A DNA stretch of 32,000 nucleotides from Nitrososphaera viennensis EN76 (GTDB lineage Archaea; Thermoproteota; Nitrososphaeria; Nitrososphaerales; Nitrososphaeraceae). The position numbers and the translations under genes are program-made. Where the stretch lies: the NCBI RefSeq assembly GCF_000698785.1, contig NZ_CP007536.1:1110001-1142000 (forward strand), read 5' to 3'. Below are positions 1-7,876 of the stretch, one piece after another. Under the pieces are notes generated by a model, which did no database searches, had not been told where the DNA came from, and was given only the letters and a program-made list of their open reading frames with translations. The first letter of the stretch is position 1. Each line of letters starts with the position of its first letter.

Positions 1-44
1 AAAAGCGACGATCATGCCCCACAATTCAATTCAGGCGACCGCGC

Positions 45-542
45 TTAGATCTCGTTGTCAAACGTCACAGGCACCAAGGTGAGAGTGGACTCGATCTGCG
101 CAGTTCCGGCCGCCCTCCACGTTATCGCATCAGGGTTGTCCCTTATCTTGTTGTAAATGTCGGCAATCCTGTCGTCAAACTCTAGCACAAACTCGTCGTC
201 CCGCAGGGGCACGGAATTTTGCGAGAATATCGCCGGCCTGCCGTTGAGCGGGACGTTCTCGTACGAGAGGGTATGCGAGCCCAGTGATTGCCCGTCGGCA
301 AAGAGCTCATAGTCTATCCTGGAAGTGGTCGCCGTCTGGTCGGTCGGGTTTGTAACCGTGAACACGACCCTCATCTGCATATTCTCTGCGGTTGCCTCAA
401 GGACGGTCACGTTTGACAACGCAACTGTCACCTCGTTGAGGCGGGGAGCGGTTGCGCCAAATATCAGCGGCAATAGAATGATGGTGGCGGCGACGGCAGC
501 GATTGCGCCGATGAGCACTGCTCTTCTCGGGCCTATGAGCAC
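45..542 (-). CDS. membrane-anchored WHy/LEA_2 (LEA14-like) domain protein
   Basis: 165-aa ORF. N-terminal hydrophobic anchor (AVLIGAIAAVAATIILLPLIF) followed by a beta-rich domain with a LEA_2-type core 'VVFTVTNPTDQ..IDYELFADGQSLG'. Family call from motif recognition only. Confidence 0.55.
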   Translation of the reverse strand: MLIGPRRAVLIGAIAAVAATIILLPLIFGATAPRLNEVTVALSNVTVLEATAENMQMRVVFTVTNPTDQTATTSRIDYELFADGQSLGSHTLSYENVPLNGRPAIFSQNSVPLRDDEFVLEFDDRIADIYNKIRDNPDAITWRAAGTAQIESTLTLVPVTFDNEI

Positions 543-613
543 GGGCTATGCTCTTTCTGGAGCGCATTAAAACCTTTCTTCGCCAAGCAGCATCGATAAT
601 ATAGTGCAAGGGC

Positions 614-1123
614 GTGGCTCTGCTATTGGCTGTTGCTGACGGCCTTGTCACGTGGGTCCACCTAATCTGCGCGTCAATATGGGTTGGAGGCTCCATCTTT
701 ATCGCGGCAGTCGCGGTGCCGGTGCTAAGATCACACACCAAGTCGGTCGAGGAGCTTGTCGGCCTGATGGTCAAGCTTGGCAGGCAGTTCAACAAGGTGA
801 CCGTGCCGGCATTTGCGATCCTCATCGTGTCGGGGATATACAACGCAAGGGCGTTCATGTCAGAGCCCGGCGCGCTCCTCGATTCCACCTACGGCATCCT
901 GCTCCTGATAAAGATAATCCTGGTGCTTGCGACCGTAGGCGCGTACGTCGTCCACGTGCGCATACTCAACGCGGACATGGAGCGCAGGATCCTGTCTGGA
1001 AACGCCGGCGCGCTGTACGTGCAGTCGGTGCGCTCCAAAATAATCCACCTTGGAAGGATAATAGTCATTTTGTCGATAGTGATACTGTTGCTTGCCGCGC
1101 TGCTGGACAGCGGCGGGCTCTAG
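614..1123 (+). CDS. CopD-family (copper resistance D-like) integral membrane protein
   Basis: 169-aa ORF (GTG start) with about 4 hydrophobic helices. The N-terminal 'WVHLICASIWVGGSIFIAAV' resembles the CopD domain. Its stop shares a CTAG tetranucleotide with the convergent rtcA stop. Confidence 0.55.
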   Translation: MALLLAVADGLVTWVHLICASIWVGGSIFIAAVAVPVLRSHTKSVEELVGLMVKLGRQFNKVTVPAFAILIVSGIYNARAFMSEPGALLDSTYGILLLIKIILVLATVGAYVVHVRILNADMERRILSGNAGALYVQSVRSKIIHLGRIIVILSIVILLLAALLDSGGL

Positions 1124-2211
1124 GCACTGTTGCCTTGTATTGTTATCACGAATTCCTCTCCCTTGCCCGGCGACTGGACGATGTCGTACTTGCAGCCCGC
1201 CACCTGCCGGGCGACCTGCAGGTTCGTCCGCAGGTGCTCCGTGACTCGGGACGTCCTGTATTTTGATATGCCCTTTGCAAGGCACATGGGCAGGACGAGC
1301 ATGTCGGCAAGGAAAGGGTCGACTGCGGCCCCGGCAAGCGTGCTTTCCAGGTACCTTGCCGCAGCCTCCTGCCCCACCTGCTCGGCACGCTTGCCCACCT
1401 CGCCTATAGAGTCGCCCCCGACAAAGGGCCCGCCAAAATCAGACGCCGAGTACACCAGCATGGACGTGCCCGGCGACGGCGCAGTCTCAAACGACGCGGT
1501 ATAGTTTGTGCATTTTATCCCGCTCTTTTCAAGCGACAGCAGCGCGGCCGAGATCTGCCTCTCGGCCACGTGCTTTGGAAGCTGGCTGCAGACGCTTGTT
1601 ATCCGGGGCGCAACCGCCCTGCCGTTCAAGAGTTCCACGGGCGCCGGCTTGCTGCACGGCTCTATAGTGGCTTTTACGATGCCGCCGCCCTTTGGGTAGT
1701 AGCCCCTCTTCAGGACGTCCAGCGAGAATTTTATCCCTGCGCTCCTGTACGCCTCTGACACCACGTAGCGCATATAGTCAGTGGTCGGGCTTGCCCTGAC
1801 GTCGGTGCCGCCTGTTATCTCGATTTCAAGGCCGTTTCCAGACAGCGAGACTGCGGGGATGGCCGCCATAAGCGTGAGCGATATGCTCCCGGCGGTGCCA
1901 ATGTCCACCCTGCGCGGGCCGCCGGCGAACCTGCCGCCGGCAGAGGGCGAAAAGCGCACCCACTCGGCCCCGACCTGCAGGTTTTCCACCCTGGCTCCAA
2001 AGAGGTCTGCGACCACCTTTACAGCGGCAAGGTGCGAAGGGCGCAGACCGGGGTTTTCCCTCTTGGCCCGGATGTCCGTCACCTCGACCGGCGTGCCAGT
2101 CACTGCAGAAAGCGAGATCGCGGTGCGCAGTATCTGGCCGCCGCCCTCGCCCTGCGACCCGTCGATCTTTATAGGCTCCATGTCGATATGATTTTTTTCC
2201 TGCCTGCTCAT
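1120..2211 (-). CDS. rtcA: RNA 3'-terminal phosphate cyclase
   Basis: 363-aa ORF. 'IKIDGSQGEGGGQILRTAISLSAVTGTPVEVTDIRAKRENPGLRPSHL' is the classic RtcA N-terminus. The internal ATG at 2181 (MEPIKIDGS) is an equally plausible start. Confidence 0.9.
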   Translation of the reverse strand: MSRQEKNHIDMEPIKIDGSQGEGGGQILRTAISLSAVTGTPVEVTDIRAKRENPGLRPSHLAAVKVVADLFGARVENLQVGAEWVRFSPSAGGRFAGGPRRVDIGTAGSISLTLMAAIPAVSLSGNGLEIEITGGTDVRASPTTDYMRYVVSEAYRSAGIKFSLDVLKRGYYPKGGGIVKATIEPCSKPAPVELLNGRAVAPRITSVCSQLPKHVAERQISAALLSLEKSGIKCTNYTASFETAPSPGTSMLVYSASDFGGPFVGGDSIGEVGKRAEQVGQEAAARYLESTLAGAAVDPFLADMLVLPMCLAKGISKYRTSRVTEHLRTNLQVARQVAGCKYDIVQSPGKGEEFVITIQGNSA

Positions 2212-2277
2212 ATTTCTTGGTTGTTGAAAAACAACATGTGTTCAAGCTGCCGGCAAGCAAAACTCCTTTAGGATTTC

Positions 2278-3321
2278 GTGCCGAGCTGTCCCGGTGAGAT
2301 GGTCAGGATATCGTTCATGGTGGCGCACGAGCAGGTAAATTCAAGGGACCTGCTGAAAGACGTGGCGCTGATGGAGGAAAACGGACTTGAGCGGTGCTGG
2401 TCAAGCGACCACTACATGCCGTGGTGGCACACAGGCGCGTCCGGCGGCGCGACGTGGCCTTGGCTTGGCGCGGCCCTTGCCCGCACAGACGACATACAGG
2501 TGGGCACGTCCGTCACTGCCCCTATCCTGCGCTACAACCCGGCGATCGTCGCGCAGGTGTTTGCCACCCTTGACAGCATGTTTCCCGGCAGGACGTTTCT
2601 CACGGTCGGGACAGGCGAGTCGCTCAACGAGGTCCCCACTGGCAACCCTTGGCCGCCGTACCCGGAGAGGCTCGGGAGGCTCAAGGAGGCCATGCATATA
2701 ATCAAGAGGCTGGGGAGCGAGGACTGGGTGGATTTTGAAGGCACGTATTATACCATGAAAAAGTCAAACCTGTACACCAAGCCGGAAACAAAAATACCGC
2801 TCTACGTGGCGGCGCTTGGCAGCCAGTCGGCCGAGCTTGCAGGGTCAGAGGGCGACGGGCTTGTGACAAACGAGCTGAATCCTAACCTGATAAAGGAGCG
2901 GCTGCTCCCCGCGTTTGAGCGCGGGGCAAGGCAGGCCGGCAAGGACCCCGACTCGATGCTAAAGGCGGTGCTGATGCCCGCCTCGTACGACGAGGACAGG
3001 CAAAAGGCGCTAGAGGCTATAGGCTACTGGAAGGGCGCCGCGATAAAGGCGTTTTTCGACGTGAACTATCCTGACCCCCGCGACATCGAGGAAAACGGGC
3101 AGGCAGTCGGAAACGACACGCTGGAAAAGACGATGCTCGTGATATCAAGCGCGGAGGAAGGGATAAAGAAATTGCAAAAGTATGCCGACCTCGGCTTTAC
3201 CGACATCATCCTGGTGAATTCAAGCCCGGACAGGGCCAGGTTCATCGAGCTGGTGGCAGGGCAGATAGCCCCCGCGTTTGAGGGTGCTGCCGGCGAGCCC
3301 GTGACCACTACAGAAGCGTAG
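2278..3321 (+). CDS. LLM-class F420-dependent oxidoreductase, G6PDH (Fgd)-like family
   Basis: 347-aa ORF. 'SSDHYMPWWH', 'VGTSVTAPILRYNPAIVAQVFATLDSMFPGRTFLTVGTGESLNE' and 'VDFEGTYYTMK' match the luciferase-like F420 G6PDH family pattern. GTG start at 2278, with an ATG alternative at 2299 (MVRISF). Confidence 0.8.
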   Translation: MPSCPGEMVRISFMVAHEQVNSRDLLKDVALMEENGLERCWSSDHYMPWWHTGASGGATWPWLGAALARTDDIQVGTSVTAPILRYNPAIVAQVFATLDSMFPGRTFLTVGTGESLNEVPTGNPWPPYPERLGRLKEAMHIIKRLGSEDWVDFEGTYYTMKKSNLYTKPETKIPLYVAALGSQSAELAGSEGDGLVTNELNPNLIKERLLPAFERGARQAGKDPDSMLKAVLMPASYDEDRQKALEAIGYWKGAAIKAFFDVNYPDPRDIEENGQAVGNDTLEKTMLVISSAEEGIKKLQKYADLGFTDIILVNSSPDRARFIELVAGQIAPAFEGAAGEPVTTTEA

Positions 3322-3639
3322 TGAAAAAATGACTTTACATAGCACATTTAAACAACCTAATTGCGAGATGCAATATTCATGTTGTCGAGGACCCTAGTCA
3401 CATAGTCTGCTGTATTTTCGAGTCATTTTCATATGGTTAAAAGACTTAAAGTAGGTCTAGGTGCATATCTAGACAACATTGAACGGGGCAGGTTTAGCCA
3501 GCAGCTGTGGATGAGTTCGTATGAGGCATGCGTGGCAAGGGCTATTTAAGAAGTTGTAAGATATGGATCGGACGTACGGTAGGTTTATAACATAACGCAG
3601 AAATATTGTCTCTGCGAATTAGACATAGGTTCTGGAAAT

Positions 3640-3762
3640 ATGGAGAAGAAAGTCGACAATAAATCAAAGGTGGGAAATATACCTATTGCGACTTTGAAGG
3701 AAATAGTAGACAATACTGTAAAGCAGAACCCAAAGGTATTCGAAAGGCTAGCCGAGATCTAG
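3640..3762 (+). CDS. 40-codon ORF, putative antitoxin partner of the downstream Doc gene (position-based)
   Basis: ATG at 3640, TAG at 3760-3762. Encodes MEKKVDNKSKVGNIPIATLKEIVDNTVKQNPKVFERLAEI. It ends 3 nt before the TTG start of the Doc ORF and is below the ORF-track size cutoff. I recognise no family. Confidence 0.3.
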   Translation: MEKKVDNKSKVGNIPIATLKEIVDNTVKQNPKVFERLAEI

Positions 3763-3765
3763 AGC

Positions 3766-4249
3766 TTGCATGAAATAACTGCGACCGACCTAGAAAACCT
3801 ACACGACATTGTACTTAAGAAATTCAATATTACACCCGGGGTAAAAGATAGGGGTCTGCTTGATGCAATTGCAAACCGGCCAAGCCAGGTAGTATACGAT
3901 CGAGAGTCGTTTCCTGATCTACCTGAAAGCCGCAAGCATAATGGAAGCCATAATTCGATGGCATCCTTTCACAGATGGAAACAAAAGAACGGCTCTGGTA
4001 GCGGTCAGTGCTTATTTAGCTATCAATGGATACCTGTTAATCGTACCCCTAAGCGCAGTCAGATATACTGTCAATATTGCCAAGGAGCAGAGAACCGACG
4101 CAAATTCAAATGCAAAACTTGTCAAATCCATCGCCAAATGGATAAAGAAACACTCTGCACCAAAAGAGGATAGTAACGAGATACAAAGGATCTTCAACAA
4201 GCGGGTAAAAAACAGTATCAGTTTCTTTACTATGCGGCTCGTTCAGTGA
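3766..4249 (+). pseudogene. doc: Doc (death-on-curing) / Fic-fold toxin gene interrupted by a frameshift
   Basis: The N-terminal part is in frame 1 (MHEITATDLENLHDIVLKKFNITPGVKDRGLLDAIANRPSQVVYDRESFPDL). The Doc signature 'HPFTDGNKRTALVA' is in frame 2 (ORF 3941-4249, frame open from 3893). Removing one nt near 3917-3925 gives the continuous reading ..SFPDLLKAASIMEAIIRWHPFTDGNKRT. Confidence 0.75.
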
Positions 4250-4480
4250 TTCTAAAGAAGATCATACAGTATCAGGTAGAAAATTGGCTGGCCATTGACA
4301 TCTATCCAGAATATGCGAAGGAAACCGATGATATTGTAGAATTTCTAAGAGAACTGCTCACCTATGAAATCTTCAAGAATAAACAAGGATAGATTCCTAG
4401 CAGGGAACGGAAAATAGGAAAACAGACAAACAGACCGATTTTCCCATTTTTCCTGTCTGCTGTCTGACTGCCTCCTTATT

Positions 4481-4515
4481 GGTTTTCAAGTCCTCTTTTT
4501 AAGAGGCTTGAAACC
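4481..4515. repeat. imperfect inverted repeat (about 15 bp stem with two 1-nt bulges, TTT loop)
   Basis: ggttttcaagtcctctt-ttt-aagaggcttgaaacc. Pairing was checked base by base. Confidence 0.7.
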
Positions 4516-4524
4516 AGATGATGG

Positions 4525-4569
4525 CGCGAACGAACGCACAAAATAAGAGTTCTTGTACGTTCGTTCGCG
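4525..4569. repeat. perfect 12-bp inverted repeat (cgcgaacgaacg / cgttcgttcgcg) plus 4 further pairs; possible terminator for the minus-strand small ORF
   Basis: Arms at 4525-4536 and 4558-4569 are exact reverse complements. An inner extension at 4538-4541 / 4553-4556 also pairs. The structure lies 6 nt downstream of the stop of the candidate ORF 4575-4751 (-). Confidence 0.7.
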
Positions 4570-4574
4570 TTCGA

Positions 4575-4751
4575 TTACACCCATGGAAGCCTCCCGGCCC
4601 AATGTAAGGCCACAATAAGGATAACCTCAAGGACAAGTTCGATGCCCTTTCTGGTCGCTTCTGAAGTCCGTTCATCGGTGGTCAGTCTGGTCACCAAGAC
4701 CGCAAAGGCCTCGGCTACGATGCTTGTCAGGATTTCGGTTATGTCCGACAT
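4575..4751 (-). CDS. 58-aa hypothetical small protein (uncertain)
   Basis: ATG at 4751, TAA at 4575-4577. Encodes MSDITEILTSIVAEAFAVLVTRLTTDERTSEATRKGIELVLEVILIVALHWAGRLPWV. The sequence is more protein-like than the overlapping 70-aa plus-strand ORF 4642-4854, and a strong hairpin follows the stop. No family recognised. Confidence 0.3.
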   Translation of the reverse strand: MSDITEILTSIVAEAFAVLVTRLTTDERTSEATRKGIELVLEVILIVALHWAGRLPWV

Positions 4752-4908
4752 CCCTAGAAAATTGCAGGGGTCAGCCGGAACATGGAGGGCCTTGACATCG
4801 GTAGCCAGCGATGCCGATTGTTATATTGCGACTACCTATTGTCTTCCGAGCTAAAGCGGCGACTTCCCAATTGTCTTTAAATTAGCGCCCGCACAAGGGA
4901 GGGGTGCC

Positions 4909-5484
4909 GTGACCACCGGCCTCTTTGTCGGCAGGTTCCAGCCCTTCCACATGGGACACCTTGCCACTGTCAAGTTTGCGCTGAAATCCGTAGACGACCT
5001 TGTCATAGTGGTCGGCAGCGCGCAAAAGAGCCACGAGCAGAGAAACCCGTTTACCGCCGGCGAGCGCATCGCCATGATAAGGGCGGCTCTAAAGGCCGAC
5101 AAGGACGTCGACGTATGCAGGATAATGACCATACCCGTCCCCGACGTCGACGTTCATTCGCTCTGGACGCGGCAGGTCGACATGCTAGTTCCGGCATATG
5201 ACGTCGTGTTTGCAAACGACCCGTTCACGCTCCTTTTGTTCAGGGAAAGAGGCGTCAAGACGGTAGAGCCCCCGCTGCAGGAGCGCAGCAAGTGGATGGC
5301 AACCGAGGTCAGGCGCAGGATGGCAGAGGGCGAAAAGTGGCAGGAACTGGTGCCGGCGCCGGTTGCCAGGGCCATAAAGCAGATAGACGGCGTGGAAAGA
5401 GTCAGGGCGATAGCACAGCACGATCACGTACATGGCGGCCATCACGACCACCATCATAATCATCATCATCACCACCACCACTAG
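4909..5484 (+). CDS. nadM: nicotinamide-nucleotide adenylyltransferase (archaeal NMNAT) with a C-terminal polyhistidine tail
   Basis: 191-aa ORF (GTG start). 'GLFVGRFQPFHMGHL' is the (H/T)xGH nucleotidyltransferase motif of archaeal NMNAT. The tail is HDHVHGGHHDHHHNHHHHHHH. A TATA-like 'tctttaaattag' lies about 25-35 nt upstream. Confidence 0.9.
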   Translation: MTTGLFVGRFQPFHMGHLATVKFALKSVDDLVIVVGSAQKSHEQRNPFTAGERIAMIRAALKADKDVDVCRIMTIPVPDVDVHSLWTRQVDMLVPAYDVVFANDPFTLLLFRERGVKTVEPPLQERSKWMATEVRRRMAEGEKWQELVPAPVARAIKQIDGVERVRAIAQHDHVHGGHHDHHHNHHHHHHH

Positions 5485-5531
5485 AAAGTATATGACTAGC
5501 TAGTGCGAAGATATATACGCACATACGCAAA

Positions 5532-5918
5532 TTGTTGGGCAAATCATCAGGAGTGCAACAAAACAAGCCAATCGCAGAGGAGCTCTGGTACGCGGACCTG
5601 GCCAAGCTGTCAAATGACGAGCTCATGCGCATGTACACCATGATAAAGGACGGCAGGTACGAGTTTGCCAAGAACGCGTGGTACATCCCCATCGGTGGAG
5701 ACCAGCGCTGCCCGATAATGGTTGCAAAGGGGTTCCGCTCGCCGGACACGCTTGCCAAGATGGCCGAGTTCCAGAACACTGCAAAGGCCCTTGAAGAAGA
5801 GTACCGCAACTTTATCGACGCGTGGGACTTTGGCTTCATCACGACAAAGGACATCGAGCGCGCCGTGCTCAAGATCCTCGAAGAGCGCAACATCGAGATC
5901 GCCGAGCGCTCCCAATGA
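5532..5918 (+). CDS. hypothetical protein
   Basis: 128-aa ORF (TTG start; the true start is uncertain) with protein-like composition and GC typical of the core genome. No family recognised. Confidence 0.5.
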   Translation: MLGKSSGVQQNKPIAEELWYADLAKLSNDELMRMYTMIKDGRYEFAKNAWYIPIGGDQRCPIMVAKGFRSPDTLAKMAEFQNTAKALEEEYRNFIDAWDFGFITTKDIERAVLKILEERNIEIAERSQ

Positions 5919-5966
5919 TGATAAACGTGACACGAAAGCCAGGGATATCCGCAGCCGTTACAAAAA

Positions 5967-6407
5967 TTGGCCCACCTAGCCCTAGATTCGTGGTCAACAG
6001 GCTATTATAATTGCCAGGCATATCATTTTGATAATTTGAGCACTACTGCAACAACAGCAGAAATACAGGAAGTAGTGGACAAGTTTAACACACTTGATAA
6101 CGCGTTAAAGACGGTGTTTCCAAAAGTAGATCCGCGGATGGTGGTAGGATTGATCATTCGTGAAAAAACAGAAAAGAGGCCGATCTATACCCTGGAGACA
6201 GTCATCAAACCCGGCCAAAAGATAGATTCCATCAGGAACGATATACTGAACGTGACAGGCATGGCACCCGGCTTCTATCTTCAAAACACCAAGATCATTG
6301 TAACACATGCGCTGGATCTAGAACTCTTGAAGAGGATAAATGACCTTGATTACGTGGTATCGATCAAGGGCAGCCCGTACGGCGCCGGCGGATCTTCAGA
6401 CTTTTGA
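5967..6407 (+). CDS. hypothetical protein in a low-GC patch
   Basis: 146-aa ORF. Lines here count about 37-48% GC. The true start may be downstream. No family recognised. Confidence 0.45.
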   Translation: MAHLALDSWSTGYYNCQAYHFDNLSTTATTAEIQEVVDKFNTLDNALKTVFPKVDPRMVVGLIIREKTEKRPIYTLETVIKPGQKIDSIRNDILNVTGMAPGFYLQNTKIIVTHALDLELLKRINDLDYVVSIKGSPYGAGGSSDF

Positions 6408-6494
6408 CGGTTATGACTTTGCAGGCTACCGGCAAGACGGGAAAAAATCTAATTATTAAATTAATATAGCCACCAGGAGGATTCTCAAAATATA

Positions 6495-7823
6495 TTGTCA
6501 AGCGGCTCGTACAGGGGAGCAGGCGCAGACCTGCTGTCAAGGCACGGCGTCACTGCCGGCGACACCGTCTCGATATCGACTGACGACGGCGAGACGATGG
6601 CAGGCGTCATCATGCCGCGCTACGAGTCGGCAAGCGACAGCTACATCGTGATAAAGCTGAAAAGCGGATACAACACCGGGATTGAAGTATCCAAGATAAA
6701 GACAATAAAAAAGATTGCAGGCGCGACGACTGCAAGCGAAGCGGCGGCGCAATCAGGCCAGCCGCTCAGGCAGCAGGATGACAACGCCCTTCCTAAAATC
6801 GCGCTCATCAGCACCGGCGGGACGATAGCAAGCAAGATCGACTACAGGACGGGAGGCGTCAAGGCGGCGCTATCGGCGTCAGAGCTGTACGCGTCCGTGC
6901 CCGAGCTTGCCAGCATCGCCTCCGTGGATCCAGAGGTGCTCATGAGCGAGTACAGCGAAAACATAAACCCGGGGCACTGGACAGTGATGGCAGACAAGAT
7001 TGCTGAAAAAGTCCGGTCCGGCAAGTACGACGGCATAATAGTTTCGCACGGCACCGACACGATGCACTACACCGCGTCGGCGCTCAGCTTTGCCCTGCAG
7101 GGCCTGCCAATCCCGGTGGTACTAGTCGGCGCGCAGAGGTCGTCGGACAGGCCGTCGTCGGACGCTGCCCTGAACCTGATTGGCGCCACCACCTTTGCGG
7201 CAAAGGCCCCGGTTGCAGGCGTGTTTGTGGCAATGCACGCAGGCACCTCCGACGACGTTGTAGCCGTTCACGTCGGGACGCGCGTTAGAAAGAACCACAC
7301 GAGCAGGCGCGACGCGTTCGAGTCGATAGACGTGACGCCTGTCGCGCTCGTAAAGGACGGCAAGGTAGAGATGCAACAGCAAAGCGGAATCGACCTTGCA
7401 GCAAGGGGCAAAAACGAGCTAAAGCTGCAGTCATCGTTTGACAGCAGGGTGGCGCTGGTGAAATACCATCCCGGCTTTGACCCCACGATGGTCTACTGGC
7501 TGCTTTCCAAGGGATGCGGGGCAATAGTGTTTGAGGGCACGGGCCTTGGCCACGTCAACAAGAACCTGTTTGGAGTCCTGAAAGAAGCAGCGGAAAAGGG
7601 CGTGCACATGTTCATGACGTCGCAGTGCATCTGGGGCAGGGTCAGCATGACAGTCTACGATACGGGCCGCGACCTGCTCAACATCGGCGTCGTCCCGCTC
7701 TCTGACATGATATCCGAAACAGCAGTCGTCAAGGCGATGTGGGCCCTTGCCAACGCGCAGGACCCAGAGAAAACAATGCAGGAAAACCTTGCCGGCGAGA
7801 TGTCATCGGCTATCCCAATTTAG
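6495..7823 (+). CDS. gatD: Glu-tRNA(Gln) amidotransferase subunit D
   Basis: 442-aa ORF (TTG start). It has an asparaginase-like core ('ISTGGTIASKIDYRTGGV', 'GIIVSHGTDTMHYTASALSF') and lies immediately upstream of gatE. Confidence 0.95.
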   Translation: MSSGSYRGAGADLLSRHGVTAGDTVSISTDDGETMAGVIMPRYESASDSYIVIKLKSGYNTGIEVSKIKTIKKIAGATTASEAAAQSGQPLRQQDDNALPKIALISTGGTIASKIDYRTGGVKAALSASELYASVPELASIASVDPEVLMSEYSENINPGHWTVMADKIAEKVRSGKYDGIIVSHGTDTMHYTASALSFALQGLPIPVVLVGAQRSSDRPSSDAALNLIGATTFAAKAPVAGVFVAMHAGTSDDVVAVHVGTRVRKNHTSRRDAFESIDVTPVALVKDGKVEMQQQSGIDLAARGKNELKLQSSFDSRVALVKYHPGFDPTMVYWLLSKGCGAIVFEGTGLGHVNKNLFGVLKEAAEKGVHMFMTSQCIWGRVSMTVYDTGRDLLNIGVVPLSDMISETAVVKAMWALANAQDPEKTMQENLAGEMSSAIPI

Positions 7824-7876
7824 TAGTAGCAGGCAAGGCTTAATACGTGCACAGGGCAATTTTTCATGCAGTGACG

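Noticed and set aside
397-1285. ORFs 397-888(-), 652-1266(+) and 860-1285(-) overlapping the LEA14-like, CopD-like and rtcA genes
   Set aside because: These are alternate-frame or antisense shadows with Arg/Pro/Gly/His-rich translations. The called frames have recognisable domains or membrane topology.
3433-3549. 38-codon ORF (MVKRLKVGLGAYLDNIERGRFSQQLWMSSYEACVARAI) in the AT-rich islet
   Set aside because: It is too short, has no recognisable family and has no supporting context.
4246-4392. About 48-codon frame-1 ORF (GTG 4246; ..VILKKIIQYQVENWLAIDIYPEYAKETDDIVEFLRELLTYEIFKNKQG) right after the Doc gene, possibly a second frame break or a remnant gene
   Set aside because: Doc domains normally end before this point. 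There is no motif recognised and no ATG. I cannot distinguish a gene remnant from chance.
4642-4854. 70-aa plus-strand ORF in the spacer upstream of nadM
   Set aside because: The translation is Ser/Thr/Ala/Val-rich with no motif. It overlaps a more protein-like 58-aa minus-strand ORF (4575-4751). Neither is certain, so I listed only the latter, at low confidence.
5908-5914. C-box-like ATGATGA (also GATGATG at 4517-4523 and CTGATGA at 27035-27041) as possible C/D-box sRNA signals
   Set aside because: No CTGA D box or C'/D' pair occurs at the expected 50-70 nt spacing in any of the three cases.
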